Assembly (NCBI GenBank): GCA_002269645.1
Contig: NIVC01000278.1
Location: 186,001-250,000, forward strand
Origin: Macrostomum lignano
Taxonomy: Eukaryota
Direction: 5' to 3'
Length of the DNA: 64,000 nt
This document shows positions 24,172 to 38,300 of this stretch, in pieces. Position 1 is the stretch's first letter, and the number at the start of each line of letters is the position of its first letter. The position numbers were made by a program, and so were the translations under genes. Under the pieces are notes generated by a model. It did no database searches. It saw only the letters and a list, made by a program, of their open reading frames with translations, and was not told the DNA's origin.

Positions 24172-24594
24172 ATGCATGGAGCAGCGACAACACCGGACAG
24201 CCAGCAAGTTTCACGCGTTACTCGTCGTCGTCACAGCAACACGGCAGTGAGTTCCAACAACCAGCTGATCGACAGTAAACTTCGCCAACTCATCGCACGA
24301 TTTCTCCAACGCTGGGAGCGCCTGCACGCCCGTTCAATGGTGGAATTCGTCTGCAACACTCTGTCGAACGAGCCTAACGTGCTGGCGGCCGTACAGCAGG
24401 CCACCGCCGACCTGCTGCACTTGACTCCCGGTCCGGACGACAACTTTCGACGGGAAGCGTTGAAGCGTCAACTTCACGCGATTGTCGCTCGCGTGCCCGA
24501 CTGGCTGCACGAACTGCTGTCGGAGAGGATTTGTTTGACCGCTGAGATGCAGCCGACTTATAGGCAGAGTGACCGGGTTAATGCGGATTCTTGA
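24172..24594 (+). CDS. Possible coding segment of unknown function (140 aa, helical, GC-rich)
   Basis: ATG-to-stop ORF with exon-like composition against AT-rich flanks; no recognisable domain. Confidence 0.3.
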   Translation: MHGAATTPDSQQVSRVTRRRHSNTAVSSNNQLIDSKLRQLIARFLQRWERLHARSMVEFVCNTLSNEPNVLAAVQQATADLLHLTPGPDDNFRREALKRQLHAIVARVPDWLHELLSERICLTAEMQPTYRQSDRVNADS

Positions 24595-24632
24595 ACTACT
24601 TCTTGATCAAGAAAGGTCTGAGAATGGATCGC

Positions 24633-25325
24633 CAGGGGCGTTGCCACTGGTGGGGGGGACAGGGGAGCCAACGTTTTATCCCCCCCCACTCCCCTTTGTT
24701 AACCTGTTATGAAAATAAATAATTTAGCTTCGGCGCCACAAAATAAAACATAGCGCGCCTGTAGCACCAAAATTGTGCCTGCGGCGCTAAATTGAGTGCC
24801 TGTGGCGCTAAAATGAGTGCCTGCGGCGCTAAATTGAGTGCCTGTGGCGCTAAAATTGTGTCTGCGGCGCTAAAATGAGTGTCTGCGGCGCTAAAATGAG
24901 TGCCTGTGGCGCTAAAATTGTGCCTGCGGCACTAAAATGAGTGCCTGTGGCGCTAAAATGAGTGCCTGTGGCGCTAAAATTGTGCCTGCGGCACTAAAAT
25001 AAGTGCCTGTGGCGCTAAAATGAGTGCCTGTGGCGCTAAAATTGTGCCTGCGGCACTAAAATAAGTGCCTGTGGCGCTAAAATAAGTGCCTGTTGCGCTA
25101 GAATGATGCTAGCGGCGCCAAAATGAGTGCCTGCAGTGCTAAAATGAGTGCCTGCAGTGCTAAAATGAGTGCCTGCGGCGCTAAAATGAGTGCCTGCACA
25201 AATTGGCAACACTAATTCTGAAAATGAATGTAATTTTCAAGTAGGAACTTATTAGTCATGTACATGTACATTTAAAATTCTTGGCTTTGTCCCCCCCCAC
25301 CATAAAATCCATGGCGACGCCCCTG
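24633..25325. mobile_element. Non-autonomous hAT element (693 bp) containing a 21-bp minisatellite (~24770-25198)
   Basis: TIRs caggggcgttgcca / tggcgacgcccctg and a perfect 8-bp TSD tggatcgc (24625-24632, 25326-25333). Confidence 0.9.
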
Positions 25326-26466
25326 TGGATCGCGGAGGTTCTAAATGTCTTATGCAAGGGCTGAGTCTTTCATATAGGAGGGCATACAGTGTGGGTTCAA
25401 CCATATTGTATTAACAGTGGTAGGTATTTTCTGCAATAATATCGGGGCTAATTCCCAACCCTCTTCCGACGTGTAGCTTTTAACCAACCCCAAGAAGAAT
25501 TTGGCGAACGTTAGCTGCCCTGTATTTCCTGGGTTCCGAACATCTCAGCTTGAGCTAGATGCTACAATCGTAGTTGTATAGGCTTTATAGTTACTGTCAC
25601 AGATCCTGTGTGTTGCTTTTACCTGTAGCTCCACAAATCTATTGACCTCGTTCCTTCAGAGAAAGTTTAGTTGTATTGGTAGAAATGAGAAGTTTCTAAG
25701 TTTATCTTATTTTAACAAATATGTAATCGAATTTTCCGTGTTACATAGAAACTAACACCTAAGGGAGTGCTAATTATATTTCGTGTTATAGTCTATATTG
25801 TCTTTACTTACACAACTTTACTTACATATACATTAATAAATTGCATCTACATGTATTGCCGACATAGTATTTGAGTTTGCATCCTACTAACTAACCTACT
25901 CACCAAAGTAGTGACATACGCTTGTAAATGAAATCTTATTATAGGCTTTATATCATTTCTGATCATTTAAGTACTTTGAGCGCAGTACTTCGCCTTTAAC
26001 TACAGGGAATCACCTTTTACAAGCTCATATTGTTTGTTTTTGTGCTTATGTACACCATAGCAGACAGTTTGTAGACCGACCCAGACTCTTTCTCCATCTC
26101 TGTCTGTCTTGAGTACTTTAGAGGGCAAAGCATTTCGTATCTCTACACCCGCTTGCATTCACTAATACCCCAAAGGCCGTTAGAATCAAAGCGCGCGACG
26201 GCAGGTAAAGACCGCGGCCGGGACCAATTGCATCTGCTGGAGGTCTCGCGCAAAACCTGCTTTGAAACTCTCTCTCCATCTCTCTCTCTCTCCTCTCGCC
26301 CTTTCTAGGGCAGTGTTATCCATGAAGCAATCGACACCCAAAGCTGAAAAAGCCTAGCTACTATAAAAGAAACTGACCATCAAATAAGCAAGCAAAAAGT
26401 TTTTATACAAGTATATGCGCGCTAATTATCTTTCTCAGTTTGAAAATAAAGTATGTCAGTTTTCAG

Positions 26467-26726
26467 TTCTGAGCAGGATCTGCAACAACAGCAGAAGTCT
26501 GTCGGACAGAAACGGACCTTCAACTTGTCAAAGCAGCCACCAACTCTGCTCAAGGACTACTGCAACTGGCACGGTGGCTCGCACCTGCCGGCCGCCGAGA
26601 GTGGTCGCGTCAACGCCTGGCATCGATCGTCGTATAGACCGCATCCGGTACCGCACAGGGAATCTGATGGCGACTTTTTCAAGGGACAGGTCTGCGTTTT
26701 GTTGCCTTCGACTAACACAGACACCA

Positions 26727-26814
<88 letters not shown>

Positions 26815-26815
26815 C

Positions 26816-26894
<79 letters not shown>

Positions 26895-26895
26895 C

Positions 26896-26931
<36 letters not shown>

Positions 26932-27054
26932 CTAAGACAGACATTAGGACACAGACATACAGACAGACATTAGGACACAGACAGACAGACAGACATTAGG
27001 ACACAGACAGACAGACAGACAGACACAGACACACACACAGACAGACAGACAGAA

Positions 27055-27135
<81 letters not shown>

Positions 27136-27182
27136 GGCAGACAGGCAGACAGGCAGACAGACAGACAGGCAGGCAGACAGGC

Positions 27183-27255
<73 letters not shown>

Positions 27256-27256
27256 C

Positions 27257-27342
<86 letters not shown>

Positions 27343-27343
27343 C

Positions 27344-27431
<88 letters not shown>

Positions 27432-27869
27432 CTCTGACAGCATCAACTTCTCCAAAAAACCTTGCAGACGAGTCTCTCACTGACGCCCAACGCCTTGCTA
27501 ACGGCTCGCTATTACACAACTCACAAAAAGAAGCAATTTCCTGCTGGAGCTGCTTCAGCCGGACAACCCGATGATCAGGCGATGCCACCAGCTGAATCGA
27601 GCGGTTTCTGCAAGCGCTACCCGTTCAGCCAGGTAATCTATTCGAACGTGCTGACACAGCCGGATAATTCCACTTCTACCGGCATCAACAAAGCCGGAAA
27701 ATCGACTTATCGACAACCAAGTTTCGTGCTCAAGCGCCGAGTAGCGCGCGAGCGGAGCAGCGTCTCCGGCCCGCTGGACCGGGCGATGAGCAGCGACAAC
27801 TCCAGCGAGCAGGTGGTGAGGAAGGCGATCACCCAGCTGCGCGACGCGATGCACCTGCCACCGAAGTAA
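26467..27869 (+). CDS. Two exons (26467-26689, 27441-27869) of an unknown gene; 5' part not identified
   Basis: ttttcag| acceptor, cag|gtctgc donor and ctgacag| acceptor join in frame (...DFFKGQ|HQLLQKTLQ...MHLPPK*). Confidence 0.5.
26724..27430. repeat. (CAGA)n microsatellite filling an intron
   Basis: Direct reading. Confidence 0.97.
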
Positions 27870-28384
27870 TTGACTCGATTCGTTGATTGCATAATGTTAG
27901 TTTTGAGCAATTGAGATTTTCTTGTATGAGTTTTGCGTTACTTCTACCTACGTGTAAAATGAAACCAATTACCAATGCTATACACACATTAAACTTTACA
28001 CACTACCGGTACAAATTTATGAAGAACCAAGATTATTCATCGTTGTACTTTCATTATTACCGAAAAAAATTGAAAGGACGTGAGACATCAATCATACAAC
28101 ACGTCAATTATACAATTATCCCGCACGGCTACATCAATTATACAACAAGACATTCGAAGTTCAAGACAGTACGTTGAGATGCAAGTAAGTGGCATAAGTC
28201 AGTTAACTATCCTTTCACAGCCCAACTGTACGAGTTTACACTGTAATTTACATGTACATACCAGTGCGCTCTTGCCGCGATCGACGTACATCTGAACCCC
28301 CAAGCAAGAATGAAGGCATGGTGCTGAGTGCCACTGCCTAAGCAAGGACGACTTAAGTAGGACGGGAAACCTCGCTTCTTAGAA

Positions 28385-28563
28385 AATTTTTGAAGACACT
28401 TTTTTCCCGAAAAACTACACTACGGAAATAGTAGGAAATTTTCATTTTTTCAGCACAAAAATTGCTATTAATTTTAATAGGAGGCAGATCCAGTGTTCAT
28501 CTTTTGATATGTTGTGCCTTTTTTATTGCTCTATCGATATTTGTAAAGCTTTTCGTTCAGAAA
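28385..28563. repeat. Contiguous copy of the dispersed repeat that is split at 4686-4762 / 5761-5860
   Basis: Sequence identity described for 5761-5930. Confidence 0.8.
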
Positions 28564-31259
28564 ATTATATTTCTATGTTAATTTTTTATTCACTTTACTT
28601 ACATACAGTGAAGATGTAGTGAGTTTGGTCACTTCAGGCTCCTGCATTCAGGTTGCTAAGTTTGACATTCCGCACAACAAGACATCATGTACCGGTATAT
28701 CCGAAATAATATATTTACCAAAATTTAAATTTTGCTGCCTTGATGCTTATAATTATTATAATGCGCACATAAGTATTCGTTATGCTCTAATTATCATGAT
28801 AACTGGAAATCGTCGCTTTGCGCTACTTTGTTTTTTTTCAGCTTTCTTGGGATAGACTAAGAAGAAAAAATTTATAATTTAAAATTAGTGAATCTTTGAC
28901 AGAATTTTCGATCGATCTTTCAAAATTAAGCGCGTAAAAATTTCTTCCCGGCTACGCTACCAGTTAAATTATGTTTCAGCCTTTTCAGAATGCTTTTTCT
29001 GCACTTCTATAATGCTTGAAACTATACAGACTATAGCTTAGAGCCTATAATAGACTTACATTATAAGCTAGTTTACAGTATCTACCATGATATGAAAACG
29101 TGAAACATTCATTTATTATTAGTAGGGGCCTACATGAGACGCTGAGAGAAGGCCCTAATTATTTGTCGAATACTCCAATATTAGGTGATAAGGTTGTGTA
29201 AAACTTGTGTTGGCTGACTTTCATTAAATTAGATTGGCCTGGTTTACTTAGGACATTTTACTCTTATTAAAATATAGACAGGCTGGGCACATAGTGCTAG
29301 GGCCTAAATTCAATGGTTTCTTAATATAGCATTTGCATGTTAGTTAAGCTGGCTGCTGGCATAAATAATAAAACAGCTTCCTGTGTTAAATTATTTTTCA
29401 TTTAAGTTTGCTATTTTAAATATTTTTCAGCTACAACTGCCTGCAATGCAATGCAATGGCTCGGCATCCACCTGCAGGCTGCACTGCACTGGCAACAATA
29501 GTTCTAATCAGTGATCTTCAAGACAATAACTAACCAAATTGTACATGATCTAAAAATTTTGCACCAAGAGCTAGTATAGGAATTGATGGGCTCTTCATTT
29601 GGCAATTTTTGACTTTCTTGCTCTAAATTATTTTATGATGAATTTCAGTTTGTGGCAATAAGACAAGTAAAAAATGTATAAATAAATGTTCAAAAAGTCA
29701 CAGGGCAGGGTAGTAGTGGATGAGTAGAGGACTAGCAGACACCATCAACATAGTCCTGACCAGCTTGACATTGATAACCACACTGATAGGCCTAGCCTAG
29801 GCAATGTGGGCATGCTATGGAATTGCGCAGTAGGCCATAGATTGCAAGCCATTCAATTTCTATCTCATTAGTTAGGTATGTCAGCTCCTAATACTAATAG
29901 TTTATGTCTAGGTCATGCAGCTCAATTGTGGGCCTTAGAAGGGCAGGGTTGACAATAAACCATGGTGCCTATAGTTAGTTGGCTTGCTTACAATTGATCA
30001 GCTGAAAAAATGCGTAAAATAATTTAGAGTAAAAAGTAAAAAATCGCCCTTCATTCTTTAAGGCTACAAGGCTCATTCCATATAAGATGGACATATTTGG
30101 AAAATAGAAAAAAGTCAATATTTTTGCTTGCCATTGCTTAATTAGCCTATTTTTTTACCAAATGTTTATATTGTGCAATATATACAATCTAAGAATAAAG
30201 GAATGGTAAAATGTTGGATTAATATGTTATCAATTGGCAAAAAGTCATTTTTGTAAAAATTTGGACATTTTTCGAAGCAAAAGACATCATTAAGATTTTG
30301 TACCTTTTAAAAACAAATAGAAAGCTTTTGAAGGTTGAAACAAACTATAGATAAAAGTATAGTACTTGCATCATCAGATAAAAGCATTGGTGACCAAATA
30401 ATCTATTATATTTTTAATGTATTAGTACCTCAAAGTTACTGAATTGACAGAAAAAAATATGTTACGACCATAATGTTACGACCATAAGGCTGCCTTTTCT
30501 TTTGTATCTTTGTTGCCTTTTGAGTTTATATATTCTAATAAAAGAGTATGATTTCTAAAGATGTTCTTAGTCAAATTTTAAAAATGTATTGCAAAATATC
30601 AAAAATGAAAAATGTTATAAGACTTTTACCTTTTAGTTTCTATATGTCAAAAATCCTGTCGTTACGACCATAAGTGTCATTTAAGGTTTAATAGCATCTA
30701 TACTAATGATGATATCTATATGAAACTCTATAAATATATTCTAGACAAAATAATCTTTCATTTAAAATATTGGTTTAGTATATTCTATTATTAGATTTCA
30801 TTTTATAAGTAAAAATAACCTGTCATGTTACGACCATGCTTATATGGAATGAGCCACAAGGTGTTTTTCTATAATACTGTAGAATCAATTTGGGAACATC
30901 TTAACAAAAATCAATTTAACATAAGAAATTGCATTTATATGCTAGTTAAGCCTATGGCTTATAAGCAAGCAATAAAATCTAAAATAAATCGCCTCCTCTG
31001 CCTCTCCGCCCGCCACCCCTCAGAATCCCATGAGCTTTGGGGTGGGAGGAAAAATGTATACATTTAGAGCCTCTTTGCATTGTCTATGGTAAAAAGTAAA
31101 AACTCTAACTCTAGGAACTACACACAAGGCCTAGAAACTACACAGAGAATAATCTCTATATAGTATATACTAGATCAAGCCAATATTCCACTGTCTTAGA
31201 CAGAGGGCATTGAAATTCAGCAGTAAACTAATAAATATAGGTTTGTGATAAACCCAAAT

Positions 31260-32050
31260 AGAGACTTGGCCATTGCTTAGATTAACCTCAACATTAAGAA
31301 ATGGAAGTTTTTGCCTCTTATCTTAATGGTGAATTGGATGTTGCTGTGGGTCAAATTCAAAGCTAGAAAAAAACTCTTGGTGCTTAGCCTGATCATAAAA
31401 AATGACAAGTATGTATTATCAACATAATGATTATAGAAAGTTGGGGCATACCCAAGAGATATCCACTTAGTTTCCCAGTGTGCCATGCAAACATTGGCCA
31501 GAGTAGGAGCAAGAAGGCTTCCCATGGCATAGCCATCTATCTGGCAATAATATTTGTCATCAAACAAGAAGATGCCAGAGATAGCAAAGCCTCTAATAAC
31601 TTTTTAAATACCATCTTTAGTAACCCAGGCAGATTTAGATTATACATATGATCAGTGGCAAGATCAATAGCTAGCTTCAAAGGTATATTGGTAAAAAGTA
31701 AAGTCACATCAAATCTGCAAAGAAAATCCTTACTTTTTGGACTGATTTGACTCAAGGCTTGAAGGAGCTGGCAATTGGAATTGATAAACAAATATTATTT
31801 GGAAACACTGTAGTTAAACAAAAAAATAAGGGTGGAAATTTGAATTCAGTTTATTTTCTAAGAAAGAATAAGTTTCTACATCACACGGTTTGATCAGAGA
31901 ATCCAGGGATCTAACAAGTTCATACTCAGCAGTATTAATCAGACACAATCAGTCTCAGGGGTTTGTCAGGTTTATGAACCTTACAAAAGCCATACAGCTA
32001 GCCAGGTTGGCTGTCACTAGGCATTAATGCACTTCAGAATCTCATTGCTA
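31260..32050 (-). pseudogene. Degraded Penelope-like element reverse transcriptase
   Basis: Frameshifted pieces LYGFCKVHKPDKPLRLIVS, FDVTLLFTNIP, YYCQIDGYAMGSLLAPTLANVCM and HYVDN match PLE RT motifs. Confidence 0.85.
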
Positions 32051-32354
32051 AGATGCTGCTTGGCATGGGTCCTCAAATAGGTCTGATCTGAAGAAATCTC
32101 TCAGCCTTAAAAAACAGGGCTACAACATAGTACATGTATGTATATATTATCTATATAAAAAATTAAAAAAAATCAAGCCTCATTAAAAATAACTTGGTAA
32201 TTATTAATTTAGTTATAGATAATTGATATCATGTCATTTTTATTATATTTATATGCTATATATAGCATATGTATGTAAATAAATAGCTGAGCATTAAAAT
32301 TATTAACAAATTTATGTTACTGAATATTTGCAGGTAGCCAAGGCTAATGGAGCA

Positions 32355-35300
32355 ATGGCTGATGGGGACCCAGCTCTACCATTGTCCTCTGCTGAGGCTG
32401 ACACAGCCAATGAGATTGAGCAGCGATTGCTGCATCAGCTTAGTCAGTTGCAATCTAGTCAGTCTGACCAGTCTGAAGCCACAGACATTGGCCATCTCCT
32501 AGAAGAGGCCTTACAGTGCCTGCGAGACCAGTCTCCTCTACATCAGTCATCTGCTGCTCTGGTTGAAGCCTCAATGGACTGCCTGGTCACCGCGGTTCCA
32601 GACCAGTGGATTGAAAAGTGTCGCCAACTGGCTGGGCTGGTGTTTCGAAAAAATCGCGAAGCTATGGTGCATAGTTTAGCGAGCCAGGTGCCGTTCTATG
32701 CCAGGTAAGTGATTAAGCTTTAAGATAATTCGTTTGACAGCACTATAGATCATTCATAATGCAACCATCTAGATCCTCAGTAATCTCCCCTCTAGATCAT
32801 TCATAATGCAACCATCTAGATCCTCAGTAATCTCCCCTCTAGATCATTCATAATGCAACCATCTAGATCCTCAGTAATCTCCCCTCTAGATCATCACTAA
32901 TCTCCTCTCTAGATCCTCACTAATCTCCTCTTTAGATCCTCAGCAATCTCCCCTTTAGATCAGTAATCTCCTCTCTAGATCCCTAGTAATCTCGCCTCTA
33001 GATCTCAAAAATCTCCCCTCTAGATCCTCAGTAATCTCCCCTCTAGATACTCAGTAGTCTCCCCTTTAGATCCTCAGTAATCTCCTCTCTAGATCCTCAG
33101 TAATCTCCTCTCTAGATCCTCAGTAATCTCCTCTTTAGATCCTCAGCAATCTCCCCTTTAGATCAGTAATCTCCTCTCTAGATCCCTAGTAATCTCGCCT
33201 CTAGATCTCAAAAATCTCCCCTCTAGATCCTCAGTAATCTCCCCTCTAGATACTCAGTAATCTCCCCTCTAGATACTCAGTAATCTCCCTCTAGATCTTC
33301 AGTAGTCTCCCCTCTAGATCCGTTGGAGCTCAACCTTTGATCTCATCGCCATTCCAGAGACGCCCAGCCAGACCGAGTGATTCTGCTTCTTCGCGTTGCT
33401 CACGGCGTCCTTAGCGACGGCGGCGGGGTCGGAGGTGGAGGAGGCGGCGGCTTCTCGAGCTCCCCATTGGACATGGCATTTGCCAGATGCGTACGAAAGA
33501 ATCTGACGGATCTACTTCGCCGTTGCTGCGACGCAGCCAATGCTAATGAAAATTCTCAACAGATTAGCCATGTCGAGCCGGGGTCAAATGAAGGTCAAAT
33601 CAATCTGCTAAAATCGGCGGCCGAACTGTGCGACTTAGCCAGTCGAATTGACAATTTAAATTTGATCGATTCTGACGCCTGCTGCGTGGCGATAGTCCAG
33701 TGCCTCGGCGAGGTCCATCGGTTGCCATGGCAACTAGCCATATCCTGTTTAGATCAGTTTAATCGATTATTAACCATACTGTGGGCTGGTAATGATCGGG
33801 CTATTTACCAGTCATTGGAGATGCTGTTTGCCAAACTTGCTGCCTGTCTGCCTGAGAAACCAAATTCAATCTATCGTGGCCAATTGATAGCGCTGAGCTT
33901 GAGAAATGTTCCTATTGGCATTGTGCCGCTCTGCTGCGATAAGGTGGCTGAGAAGTGAGTCTGTTTTGATTCTCAGTGTACTTTTTATTATTGTTTGGCC
34001 CTGGGACAGGTTAAAAAGAGAGGTTACTCTCATTGATTGACAGGTGATAGAGATGTTGATCCCATTGATTGATTGACAGGTGATACAGATGGAAATCCCA
34101 CTGATTGATTGACAGGTGATAGAGATGGTAATCCCACTGATTGATTAACAGGTGATAGAGTTGGTAATCCCATTGATTGATTGACAGGTGATAGAGATGG
34201 TGATCCCATTGATTGATTAACAGGTGATAGAGTTAGTAATCCCATCGATTGATTGACAGGTGATAGAGTTGGTAATCTTATTGATTGATTGGCAGGTGAT
34301 AGAGTTGGTAATCCCACTGATTGATTGACAGGTGATAGAGTTGGTAAACTTATTGATTGATTGGCAGGTGATAGAGTTGGTAATCCCACTGATTGATTGA
34401 CAGGTGATAGAGATGGTAATCCCATTGATTGATTGACAGGTGATAGAGATGGTAATCCCATTGATTGATTGACAGGTGATAGAGATGTTAATCCCATTGA
34501 TTGATTGACAGGTGATAGAGATGTTAATCCCATTGGTTGATTGACAGGTGATAGAGATGTTAATCCCATCGATTGATTGACAGGTGATAGAAATGGTGAT
34601 CCCATTGATTGATTGACAGGTGATAGAAATGGTGATCCCACTGACTGATTGACAGGTGATAGAGATGTTGATCCCATTAATTGATTGACAGGTGATAGAG
34701 ATGGAAATCCCACTGATTGATTGACAGGTGATAGAGATGGTAATCCCACTGATTGATTAACAGGTGATAGAGATGGTAATCCCTTTGATTGATTGACAGG
34801 TGATAGAGATGTTAATCCCATTGGTTGATTGACAGGTGATAGAGATGTTAATCCCATCGATTGATTGACAGGTGATAGAAATGGTGATCCCATTGATTGA
34901 TTGACAGGTGATAGAAATGGTGATCCCACTGACTGATTGACAGGTGATAGAGATGTTGATCCCATTAATTGATTGACAGGTGATAGAGATGGAAATCCCA
35001 CTGATTGATTGACAGGTGATAGAGATGGTAATCCCACTGATTGATTAACAGGTGATAGAGATGGTAATCCCTTTGATTGATTGACAGGTGATAGAGATGG
35101 TGATCCCATTGATTGATTAACAGGTGATAGAGTTGGTAATCTTATTGATTGATTGGCAGGTGATAGAGTTGGTAATCCCACTGATTGATTAACAGGTGAT
35201 AGAGTTAGTAATCCCATTGATTGATTGACAGGTGATAGAGTTGGTAATCTTATTGATTAATTGGCAGGTGATAGAGTTGGTAATCCCACTGATTGATTGA

Positions 35301-38300
35301 CAGGTGATAGAGATGGTAATCCCATTGATTGATTGACAGGTGATAGAGATGTTAATCCCATTGATTGATTGACAGGTGATAGAGATGGTAATCCCATTGA
35401 TTGATTGACAGGTGATAGAAATGGTGATCCCACTGACTGATTGACAGGTGATAGAGATGGTGATCCCATTGATTGATTGACAGGTGATAGAGATGGAAAT
35501 CCCATTGATTGATTAACAGGTGATAGAGATGGTGATCCCATTGATTGATTAACAGGTGATAGAGTTGGTAATCTTATTGATTGATTGACAGGTGATAGAG
35601 TTAATAATCCCATTGATTGATTGACAGGTGATAGAGATGGTGATCCCATTGATTGATTAACAGGTGATGGAGTTAGTAATCCCATCGATTGATTGACAGG
35701 TGATAGAGATGGTGATCCCATTGATTGATTAGCAGGTGATAGAGTTAGTAATCCCATTGATTGATTGACAGGTGATAGAGATGGTAATCCCACTGATTGA
35801 TTGATTGACAGGTGATAGAGTTGGTAATCCCATTGATTGATTAACACGTGATAGAGTTAGTAATCCCATTGATTGATTGACAGGTGATAGAGTTGGTAAT
35901 CTTATTGATTGATTGGCAGGTGATAGAGTTGGTAATCCCACTTATTGATTAACAGGTGATAGAGTTGGTAATCGCATTGATTGATTGATTGACAGGTGAT
36001 AGAGTTGATAATCCCATTGATTGATTGACAGGTGATCTCAGTACCTTGTGCCTTACGTACACACGCAGATACGCAGCAGACAAGGCCGCCTATGAAGCCA
36101 TCCTGGACTCCGTACTGCACAGCCTTCGCTATCCTGGTCACGGCGCGGTCGAGAGCGGCTGGCTTCTTTACCTGCTTAGAGCGGCGCTTCGCTACAACAA
36201 AACAATGATGTGCCTGAGCTACATGCGCTCCAGACTGGACACCGTGGCTGATCTATTGATCTCTAAGCCAAGCAGGTCCCCGGCGTTGACTGTGTTCGAC
36301 TTTTTTGTCCTGACTAATCGGCCCGGTGTGGAGTTGGCAAGGTGAGTTGTTTGTGTGTCGCCACACATCCTCAATTACCCCAGTTAATGCTGGGTCTTGC
36401 TCAAGGACACAAATTGTTCCTGAGTTAGATCCAGAATCGAACCCCCGACCTTCCAGTTGAGAGTCTGGCGTTCTGTAAATAACCACTAGGGTACATTTAT
36501 AACCCCTTGAAAGACTGGCATTTGATATAACAGGCATCATAAACTCGTATCAGCCAAATATCTCATATTTGCGCACCTTTAAAACAGGAACTGCTTAAGA
36601 GACCGGCTGTTGCCAGCTCTGTCTGAAGGCGAGCCCGACACTGAGGCATTGCGAGATCTTGCTGAACTGGCTTGGGCAATGCGACTTATCTGTAAAAGGA
36701 AGAACAAGGTAGGACTACGGTTTGTGTTGCTCATTACTGTGGTTTATTGTTCACTGTGTTGGTCATTGTCAGTAAATTGATCATTCACTGTTGGTCATTG
36801 TCAGTAAATTGATCATTCACTGATGGTCATTGTCAGTAAATTGATCGGTCACCGTTGGTCATTGTCAGTAAATTGATCATTCACTGCTGGTCATTGTCAG
36901 TAAATTGATCGGTCACCGTTGGTCATTGTCAGTAAATTGGTTATTCACTGCTGGTCATTGTCAGTAAATTGGTCATTCACTGCTGGTCATTGTCAGTAAA
37001 TTGGTCATTCACTGCTGGTCATTCTCAGTAAATTGATCATTCACTGCTGGTCATTGTCAGTAAATTGATCATTCACTGTTAGTCATTGTCAGTAAATTGA
37101 TCATTCACTGCTGGTCATTGTCAGTAAATTGATCATTCACTGCTGGTCATTGTCAGTAAATTGATCATTCACTGCTGGTCATTGTCAGTAAATTGATCAT
37201 TCACTGCTGGTCATTGTCAGTAAATTGATCATTCACTGCTGGTCATTGTCAGTAAATTGATCATTCACTGCTGGTCATTGTCAGTAAATTGATCATTCAC
37301 TGCTGGTCATTGTCAGTAAATTGATCATTCACTGCTGGTCATTGTCAGTAAATTGATCATTCACTGCTGGTCATTGTCAGTAAATTGATTATTCACTGCT
37401 GGTCATTGTCAGTAAATTGGTCATTCACTGTTGGTCAGTGTCAGTAAATTGATCATTCACTGATGGTCATTGTCAGTAAATTGATCATTCACTGATGGTC
37501 ATTGTCAGTAAATTGGTCATTCACTGTTGGTCAGTGTCAGTAAATTGATCATTCACGGTTTCTCATTGTCTATAAATTGATCATTTACTGTTGGTCATTG
37601 TCAGTAAATTGATCATTCACTGATGGTCATTGTCAGTAAATTGATCATTCACTGTTGGCCATTGTCAGTAAATTGATCATTCACTGATGGTAATTGTCAG
37701 TAAATTGATCATTCACTGCTGGTCATTGTCAGTAAATTGATCATTCACTGTTGGTCAGTGTCAGTAAATTGATCGGTCACTGTTGGTCATTGTCAGTAAA
37801 TTGATCATTCACTGATGGTCATTGTCAGTAAATTGGTCATTCACTAGTCATTTACCCGTCATTCCCATCACTGCCCAGGCCAACCGTCTGCTCCCTGGGC
37901 GACCTCAACAAGCGGCCGCCAAGCTAATTCCTGTTTCTTCGACAGACTCAAGCTCAGAGCCAGACGACCTGTCAATCACTGAAGAATTTTTCGGCCCAGT
38001 TGGCAGCCCGCTGCGCTGTCTGACTGAGCACTTTGCCTCGCCAGATCTGAGCATCCTGCGACGGAGGCTGCATGATCACAACATCAACCAGCTGGTTGCT
38101 GCCGCTACAGCGGAGGCCAATGCGGCCGCTGCGGCTTCCATTGCTTCCGCGGCCTCTCCATCATCTGCTGTGGCAGCATCTAGCTCTGCAGTTCCAGCTT
38201 CTCTGTGGCAGGTGAGGGTGCTTGTCTGCTTTCAGGCTGATTTTGTCTGTCAACAGTGAAAATGAAAGTGTCATTATTAGGCTGCCAGATTTCATAAATT

